Source: Formosa sp. Hel1_33_131
GTDB lineage: Bacteria; Bacteroidota; Bacteroidia; Flavobacteriales; Flavobacteriaceae
Assembly (NCBI RefSeq): GCF_001735745.1
Contig: NZ_CP017260.1
Coordinates: 1,230,001 to 1,262,000 of the forward strand
Direction: 5' to 3'
Length of the DNA stretch: 32,000 bases
The stretch's first letter is position 1. The number at the start of each line of letters is the position of its first letter. The notes under the pieces were generated by a model, which saw only the letters and a list, made by a program, of their open reading frames with translations, was not told the DNA's origin and did no database searches. The position numbers and the translations under genes are program-made. Positions 26,252 to 32,000 of this stretch are shown piece by piece.

Positions 26252-26992
26252 TTGATTTCTTTTCGAAACATATTCAAACCAAATACTCCAAAAAACACTG
26301 CACTAGCGGCTTCCATAAAACAAGTAGTTGGATATAGCCCTAAAAAATTATATTACTACATAAAAGCCTTTACGCATGGCTCAACAAATCAAAAGGATTC
26401 TTTTGGAAATCCAATAAGCTACGAGCGCTTAGAATATGTGGGTGACGCTGTATTAAGTGCCGTCATCGCGCATTATTTGTTTGAAAAGGTTCTTGAAGGC
26501 GACGAGGGTTATTTAACAAAAATGCGTTCTAAAATTGTCAGTAGAGAACACCTTAACGAAATTGGAAAAGAATTAGGTCTTTCATCTTTTATGCGTACAA
26601 AAATTCCAATCACTCAATTTGGGGATAACATTCATGGAAATTTGTTAGAAGCCTTAATTGGAGCTGTTTTTTTAGATAAAGGATACGTCGCTTGTGAAAA
26701 ATTTATTTACAAAAGATTGATTACTCCTCATGTAGATATTGATCTTTTGGAAGGAAAAGTGATCAGTTACAAAAGCCTTATTATTGAATGGTGTCAAAAG
26801 GAAAAGAAACATTTTAACTTTGAAAGCCTAAAAGATGTAGGTCAAGATATTCTTAAACATTTTTCTGTAAAACTTCTCATTGATGGAAAAACCATCGCAA
26901 AAGCACGCGCAACTTCTAAAAAAAAGGCAGAAGAAAAAGTTTCAAAACGCGCGTATTTCGTCTTGCAAGGAAAGATTGATAAAACATCTTAA
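26252..26992 (+). CDS. rnc: Ribonuclease III
   Basis: 246 aa with a TTG start per the track. It has the RNase III signature ERLEYVGDAVL, NLLEALIGAVFLD, and a C-terminal dsRBD-like region. Confidence 0.92.
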   Translation: MISFRNIFKPNTPKNTALAASIKQVVGYSPKKLYYYIKAFTHGSTNQKDSFGNPISYERLEYVGDAVLSAVIAHYLFEKVLEGDEGYLTKMRSKIVSREHLNEIGKELGLSSFMRTKIPITQFGDNIHGNLLEALIGAVFLDKGYVACEKFIYKRLITPHVDIDLLEGKVISYKSLIIEWCQKEKKHFNFESLKDVGQDILKHFSVKLLIDGKTIAKARATSKKKAEEKVSKRAYFVLQGKIDKTS

Positions 26993-27109
26993 TCAAAATA
27001 TTTTCTGCAAGACTATAACGTTTTCGTAATAAATTAGCCCTAAGAAGCGCCAATACGAAGTCAACTATTGTGTTAATATCTTATATTTACAAAATGTTTA
27101 TTAAGACAC

Positions 27110-27592
27110 ATGGCAGTACACAAACTTCTTGTTGATGATTTTGAAGATGCAAATTACTCGCTATTAGCGATTCATTGCGATATTGAAGACTATCGCTTGG
27201 CATACTTTTTAAACCAAAATTTAGCAACACGGTTGGTGCGCACAAAAGAAGATTTAGACTTTACAAATTCAACAGCTTCCTTTCCCGTTTTTGAATGGAA
27301 TAATAAACCTTTACAAACAGCTTGGCATCTCATTAAAAACAATTGCCTTGTAGAAAATGTTGCGCCCATTTCGACGGGCTTATTTGCAGAAAGTAAAGAT
27401 CACGCTTGGATCGTGCATTCCTTGCTATCAGACCATTCATCGGTTGATTATTTTTTAAAAATCAATAATGGTGGTGGATTTATAAACGAAAAAGAAATCT
27501 TGAACACGATTCAAAACATATCCAAAATATCCACGGCTTATAGTGTGGATGTTTTACAACTAAAATCAAAAGAACATTTAATATTTAATTAA
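27110..27592 (+). CDS. IPExxxVDY-family protein (function unknown)
   Basis: 160 aa with a motif variant LSDHSSVDYFLKI. It occupies the conserved Bacteroidota position between rnc and pyk. Its stop overlaps the pyk start (TAATG). Confidence 0.7.
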   Translation: MAVHKLLVDDFEDANYSLLAIHCDIEDYRLAYFLNQNLATRLVRTKEDLDFTNSTASFPVFEWNNKPLQTAWHLIKNNCLVENVAPISTGLFAESKDHAWIVHSLLSDHSSVDYFLKINNGGGFINEKEILNTIQNISKISTAYSVDVLQLKSKEHLIFN

Positions 27593-29040
27593 TGTCACAC
27601 AGAAGAAAGAAAACAAAAATAGTCGCCACTTTAGGCCCAGCAATTAGTTCGAAGGAGATGCTCCTAAAAATGGTTGCCGCCGGCGTCAATGTATTTAGAA
27701 TTAATTTTTCTCATGCAGACTATGAGGATGTAAAAACCCGCATCAAAGACATTCGAGACATCAATGAAGAGCATGGTTACAATGCTTCCATTTTAGCGGA
27801 TTTACAAGGCCCTAAACTCCGTGTTGGCGTCATGAAGGACGATGTAGTTGTAAACCCAGGCGATGAAATTATTTTTGCGACAGGCGAACGTTTTGAAGGC
27901 ACCAAAGAGCGCGTATATATGACGTATGAGCGTTTTCCGTTAGATACCAATCCTGGAGAGCGTATTTTATTGGATGATGGAAAACTTCTTTTTGAAGTAA
28001 TTTCAAGCAACCAAAAAGACGAGGTGAAGGCCAAAGTCATTCAAGGAGGGCCTTTGAAATCTAAGAAAGGTGTTAATTTACCTAATACTGATATTTCACA
28101 GCCAGCATTGACCGAAAAAGATAAAGAAGATGCGTTGTTTGCAATCCAACAAGAAGTGGATTGGATGGCACTTTCGTTTGTAAGACATCCTGAAGATCTA
28201 ATGGAATTGCAAGATTTAATAGCTGAACACAGTTCTTATAAAATTCCAATTATCGCCAAAATAGAAAAACCAGAGGCGGTAGAAAATATTGATAAAATTG
28301 TGGCGTATTGTGATGGACTGATGGTTGCCAGAGGCGATTTGGGTGTTGAAATTCCTGCTCATCAAGTTCCATTAATTCAAAAACAATTGGTTTTAAAAGC
28401 CAAGCAAGCACGAATTCCGGTTATTATTGCGACCCAAATGATGGAGTCCATGATTGACAGCCTTACACCCTCGCGTGCGGAGGTAAATGATGTTGCCAAC
28501 TCTGTAATGGACGGCGCAGATGCCGTGATGCTTTCTGGTGAAACATCAGTAGGACAATACCCTGTTCAGGTGATTGAAAAAATGTCGGACATTATTAAAA
28601 CTGTTGAAAATTCAGAATTGATTAATGTACCTCAAAACCCACCGCACATTCGTACCAAGCGCTACATTACAAAATCTATTTGCTACCATGCTGCAAATAT
28701 GGCCAACGAAATTAATGCGCGTGCAATCTCAACATTAACGAATAGTGGATATACGGCTTTCCAAATTTCGGCTTGGCGTCCTGATGCTCATATTCTTGTA
28801 TTTTCATCTAACAAACGTATTATTTCTCAGTTGAATTTACTGTGGGGAGTCCGTGCGTTTTACTATGACAAATTTGCGTCCACTGACCAAACGATTAACG
28901 ACGTGAATAAAATTGCTTATGAAAAGGGCTATGTTGAAAAAGACGATATGGTCATTAGCTTGGCTGCCATGCCAATGAAAGACAAAGGGATGGTGAATAC
29001 GCTAAGAGTCTCTGAAGTAAAAGACTACTCGAAAGAATAA
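27592..29040 (+). CDS. pyk: Pyruvate kinase
   Basis: 482 aa with TKIVATLGPA, FRINFSHA, MVARGDLGVEIP and ATQMMESM. Confidence 0.96.
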   Translation: MSHRRKKTKIVATLGPAISSKEMLLKMVAAGVNVFRINFSHADYEDVKTRIKDIRDINEEHGYNASILADLQGPKLRVGVMKDDVVVNPGDEIIFATGERFEGTKERVYMTYERFPLDTNPGERILLDDGKLLFEVISSNQKDEVKAKVIQGGPLKSKKGVNLPNTDISQPALTEKDKEDALFAIQQEVDWMALSFVRHPEDLMELQDLIAEHSSYKIPIIAKIEKPEAVENIDKIVAYCDGLMVARGDLGVEIPAHQVPLIQKQLVLKAKQARIPVIIATQMMESMIDSLTPSRAEVNDVANSVMDGADAVMLSGETSVGQYPVQVIEKMSDIIKTVENSELINVPQNPPHIRTKRYITKSICYHAANMANEINARAISTLTNSGYTAFQISAWRPDAHILVFSSNKRIISQLNLLWGVRAFYYDKFASTDQTINDVNKIAYEKGYVEKDDMVISLAAMPMKDKGMVNTLRVSEVKDYSKE

Positions 29041-29056
29041 GTCGATATTAAATATA

Positions 29057-29112
29057 GGAATTATCTAAACTAAAAACTGAAACAACTCTGGTTTTTCGTT
29101 TAGATAATTTCC
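29057..29112. terminator. Long AT-rich hairpin at the pyk/ilvA convergence; candidate bidirectional terminator
   Basis: GGAATTATCTAAAC (29057-29070) pairs with GTTTAGATAATTTCC (29098-29112) with one bulged T. An inner AAAAAC/GTTTTT pairing and a 13-nt loop complete it. It overlaps the ilvA stop and last codons. Confidence 0.5.
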
Positions 29113-30327
29113 ATAAAAATTTTGCTCTTTCATCTTTGCAATCAAGGGTTCTAAATCCTCTGGCGATTTAATCTGAATCCCCACAACTGCAACATCATTT
29201 TCTCTGTTCACCTTTTTGGTGTATTCAAAATGTGTGATGTCATCATTCGGTCCTAATATATCCACTACAAATTCTCGCAAAGCACCCGCCCGTTGAGGAA
29301 ACGTAATGATGAAGTAATGTTTTAGGTTCGAGTAGAGCAAAGCACGCTCTTTGATCTCAGCTGTTCTTGTAATGTCATTATTACCTCCGCTAATAATACA
29401 AACGACGTTTTTGCCTTTGATTTTATCTTTATACGCTTCCAAAGCAGACACACTTAGTGCGCCAGCAGGTTCGGCTATAATGGCTTCCTTGTTATATAAA
29501 TCTAAGATTGTTTGACAGGCGTTGCCCTCATGAATCGTGATCATGTCATGTAGGTTTTTTTGACAAATCGCAAAGTTTTTGTCACCAACACGCTTGACCG
29601 CTGCACCATCTACAAAATTATCAATAGATTCTAATTCTACAACTTTTCCTTTTTGAAACGCCGACTTCATTGAGGGAGCTCCTTCCGGTTCCACGCCAAT
29701 GATCTTAGTATTTGGAGACAGCAGTTTAAAAACCGTGGACATCCCCGAAGCGAGTCCGCCGCCGCCAACAGCTACAAAAATATAATCGATGGGGGCCGCT
29801 GTTTGATGGATCAACTCTAATCCTAATGTTGCCTGACCCTCTATGACCTTTTCGTCATTAAAAGGGTGTATAAACGTTTTCTGGCGCTCCGTACAATCTT
29901 TCATGGCGGCATTATAGGCATCATCAAAACTGTCGCCAGTCAATATAATTTTGACATAATGCTCCCCAAACATTTTGGCCCGTTCAATTTTTTGATTGGG
30001 TGTCGTGGTTGGCATAAAAATAGTGCCTTGTATTTTTAATAATTTACAAGACAATGCGACTCCTTGAGCGTGATTTCCAGCACTCGCACAGACCACGCCG
30101 TTATCCAATTTTTCTTCAGATAAAGAAGACATTTTGTTATAAGCACCTCTAATTTTATAGGAACGAACGACTTGCAAATCTTCGCGTTTAAAACTAATGT
30201 TACAATCATACACTGATGAATACTGCACATTTGGAATTAAAGGCGTCACGTTGGCAACGCCTTCTAAGTTTTTAGCAGCAGCTTCAACTGCTTCGATCGT
30301 TGGAAAATAAGTAAGTGTTTCAGACAT
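29065..30327 (-). CDS. ilvA: Threonine ammonia-lyase (biosynthetic, single regulatory domain)
   Basis: 420 aa with the PLP-Lys motif FKREDLQVVRSYKIRGA, a glycine loop VGGGGLASG, and a C-terminal ACT-like domain. Confidence 0.93.
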   Translation of the reverse strand: MSETLTYFPTIEAVEAAAKNLEGVANVTPLIPNVQYSSVYDCNISFKREDLQVVRSYKIRGAYNKMSSLSEEKLDNGVVCASAGNHAQGVALSCKLLKIQGTIFMPTTTPNQKIERAKMFGEHYVKIILTGDSFDDAYNAAMKDCTERQKTFIHPFNDEKVIEGQATLGLELIHQTAAPIDYIFVAVGGGGLASGMSTVFKLLSPNTKIIGVEPEGAPSMKSAFQKGKVVELESIDNFVDGAAVKRVGDKNFAICQKNLHDMITIHEGNACQTILDLYNKEAIIAEPAGALSVSALEAYKDKIKGKNVVCIISGGNNDITRTAEIKERALLYSNLKHYFIITFPQRAGALREFVVDILGPNDDITHFEYTKKVNRENDVAVVGIQIKSPEDLEPLIAKMKEQNFYGNYLNEKPELFQFLV

Positions 30328-30332
30328 TCGTT

Positions 30333-31811
30333 TTAGGCGTCTGTTTTTATAACTTTCATCGCCGTCATTGCAGAACGTAGTACTTTCCCCGTAGCTTCTA
30401 TCGGGTGATTTCTGATCGCATCATTGACCTTAATCAACTCTTGGTTGTCCACATCGTTGCTTGTTGCAAAAGACGTTCCGATCACATCGGTTTCAACCGT
30501 TTTCATAAAGTCTACTAATAATGGCTTGCACGCATGGTCAAATAAATAACATCCGTATTCTGCCGTATCAGAAATAATTCGATTCATTTCGAATAATTTT
30601 TTTCGTGCAACTGTGTTTGCAATTAATGGCAATTCATGAAGCGATTCGTAGTAAGCCGACTCTTCAACAATTCCTGAATTTACCATTGTTTCAAATGCCA
30701 ATTCAACGCCTGCTCTTACAAATGCAACCATCAACACACCGTGATCGAAATACTCTTGTTCAGAAATTTGGTCTGCGGTAGCTGTTGTTTTTTCAAACGC
30801 CGTTTCACCTGTTGCAGCACGCCATTGTAATAAGTTTACATCGTCATTTGCCCAATCTTCCATCATTGTTTTTGAGAAATGTCCAGACATAATATCGTCC
30901 ATGTGTTTTTCAAACAAGGGCTTCATAATCACTTTCAACGTTTCAGATAATTCAAACGCTTTAATCTTCGCTGGATTTGATAAACGGTCCATCATTGTGG
31001 TGATGCCTCCGTGTTTCAACGCTTCCGTGATGGTTTCCCAACCGTATTGAATCAGTTTAGATGCATAGCTGGCGTCGATTCCTTTTTCGACCATTTTGTC
31101 AAATGATAAAATAGAGGCTGTTTGCAACACCCCACATAAAATCGTTTGCTCGCCCATTAAATCACTTTTAACCTCCGCTACAAATGACGATTCTAAAACC
31201 CCCGCTTTGTGACCTCCAGTCGCCGCTGCATAGGCTTTGGCTTGTGCCCATCCTTTTCCTTCTGGATCATTTTCGGGGTGAACCGCTGTGAGTGTTGGCA
31301 CGCCAAATCCTCTTAAATATTCTTCGCGAACTTCACTTCCAGGACATTTTGGTGCAACCATAATAACCGTTAAATCTTCACGAATTTGTTTTCCTTCTTC
31401 TACAATATTAAAGCCATGAGAATACGCTAGGGTTGCGCCTTGTTTCATGATTGGCATAATCGTATCCACCACATTTGAGTGTTGCTTATCTGGAGTGAGG
31501 TTTAAAACCAAATCTGCCGTCGGAATGAGCTCTTCATACGTTCCAACGGTGAAGCCGTTTGAAGATGCATTTTTAAACGATTGACGTTGATCGTCGATCG
31601 CTTGTTGACGTAATGCATAAGAAATGTTCAATCCAGAATCTCTCATGTTGAGTCCTTGATTCAGTCCTTGCGCACCACAACCTACAATTACAATCGTTTT
31701 TCCAAGTAAAGCGGTTACACCTTCTTCAAACTCAGAAGATTCCATGAATCTACATTTCGAGAGTTGATTCAATTTTTGACTTAGTGATAAGGTGTTAAAA
31801 TAATTTGCCAT
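30333..31811 (-). CDS. ilvC: Ketol-acid reductoisomerase, class II (long form)
   Basis: 492 aa with the NADPH-binding motif [20 protein letters not shown] and a duplicated knotted C-terminal domain length. Confidence 0.95.
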   Translation of the reverse strand: MANYFNTLSLSQKLNQLSKCRFMESSEFEEGVTALLGKTIVIVGCGAQGLNQGLNMRDSGLNISYALRQQAIDDQRQSFKNASSNGFTVGTYEELIPTADLVLNLTPDKQHSNVVDTIMPIMKQGATLAYSHGFNIVEEGKQIREDLTVIMVAPKCPGSEVREEYLRGFGVPTLTAVHPENDPEGKGWAQAKAYAAATGGHKAGVLESSFVAEVKSDLMGEQTILCGVLQTASILSFDKMVEKGIDASYASKLIQYGWETITEALKHGGITTMMDRLSNPAKIKAFELSETLKVIMKPLFEKHMDDIMSGHFSKTMMEDWANDDVNLLQWRAATGETAFEKTTATADQISEQEYFDHGVLMVAFVRAGVELAFETMVNSGIVEESAYYESLHELPLIANTVARKKLFEMNRIISDTAEYGCYLFDHACKPLLVDFMKTVETDVIGTSFATSNDVDNQELIKVNDAIRNHPIEATGKVLRSAMTAMKVIKTDA

Positions 31812-31816
31812 TTTAG

Positions 31817-32000
31817 TTAGTTTTTGAATGCGTTTAGCATTTCAGTTATTTTTAGTTTTTCTTTAGTTATTGCGATGCGTCCCGATCGTACAAATTGCAT
31901 GATCCCGAAGGCATTTAATTCTCTGTGTAAAAGTTCTAATTCACTGCGACGTCCTGATTTTTCGAGTACAAAAAACTCTTTATTTACAGTAACGATTCGC
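31817..32000 (-). CDS. ilvN: Acetolactate synthase small (regulatory) subunit; C-terminal fragment, 5' end off the window
   Basis: Own translation of the minus strand gives ...[60 protein letters not shown] with the stop at 31819-31817. It sits directly upstream of ilvC, as in ilv operons. Confidence 0.7.
   Translation of the reverse strand, partial: RIVTVNKEFFVLEKSGRRSELELLHRELNAFGIMQFVRSGRIAITKEKLKITEMLNAFKN

Noticed and set aside
22448-30230. Track ORFs 22448..22747, 23808..24002, 25111..25446, 25798..26154, 27777..28040 and 30036..30230
   Set aside because: Each lies antisense to or out of frame within a strongly supported housekeeping CDS (PfkB kinase, RNase H, fabF, pyk, ilvA).
1-32000. 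Search for CRISPR arrays, tRNA/rRNA genes, transposases, integrases and long terminal inverted repeats
   Set aside because: By eye I found no regularly spaced direct repeats, no tRNA-like T-arm consensus and no recombinase-like ORF. Small or divergent elements could still be missed without computational tools.

Overview
The window looks like an AT-rich Bacteroidota chromosome, probably Flavobacteriaceae. This is inferred from TAnnTTTG -7 promoter boxes, a thrombospondin-type-3 OmpA, an IPExxxVDY-family protein and the gene order. About two thirds is core housekeeping. On the minus strand this includes ilvN(partial)-ilvC-ilvA, purN/RNase H/PfkB kinase/purF, and an AddA/AddB-like helicase-nuclease pair interrupted by an OmpA gene. 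On the plus strand it includes acpP-fabF-rnc-IPExxxVDY-pyk and sodA. Positions ~2.3-11.1 kb form a patchwork of short, mixed-orientation, mostly uncharacterised genes. These include an HxlR regulator, YceI, two tandem DoxX-like proteins, a hipBA toxin-antitoxin module, two lipoprotein/secreted hydrolases and several orphan membrane or secreted proteins. At the left edge, a long minus-strand ORF missing from the supplied track runs off the window. It encodes a signal-peptide-bearing PPDK_N (PEP/pyruvate-binding ATP-grasp) protein. I found no tRNA, rRNA, CRISPR array, transposase or integrase, and no multi-gene system that I can confidently call novel. The leads most worth checking are listed here. 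(1) An untracked 30-aa CDGSH-like mini-ORF lies 5 nt after yceI in an HxlR/YceI/DoxX redox-type cluster. (2) Two copies of a GC-rich hairpin core sit in a 482-bp gene-free spacer next to hipBA. (3) A C9 homopolymer tract sits at codons 4-7 of a membrane protein, downstream of a perfect 17-bp palindrome. (4) The exported ATP-grasp protein lies next to an exported histidine phosphatase. All functional calls come from reading motifs in the translations; no database searches were run.
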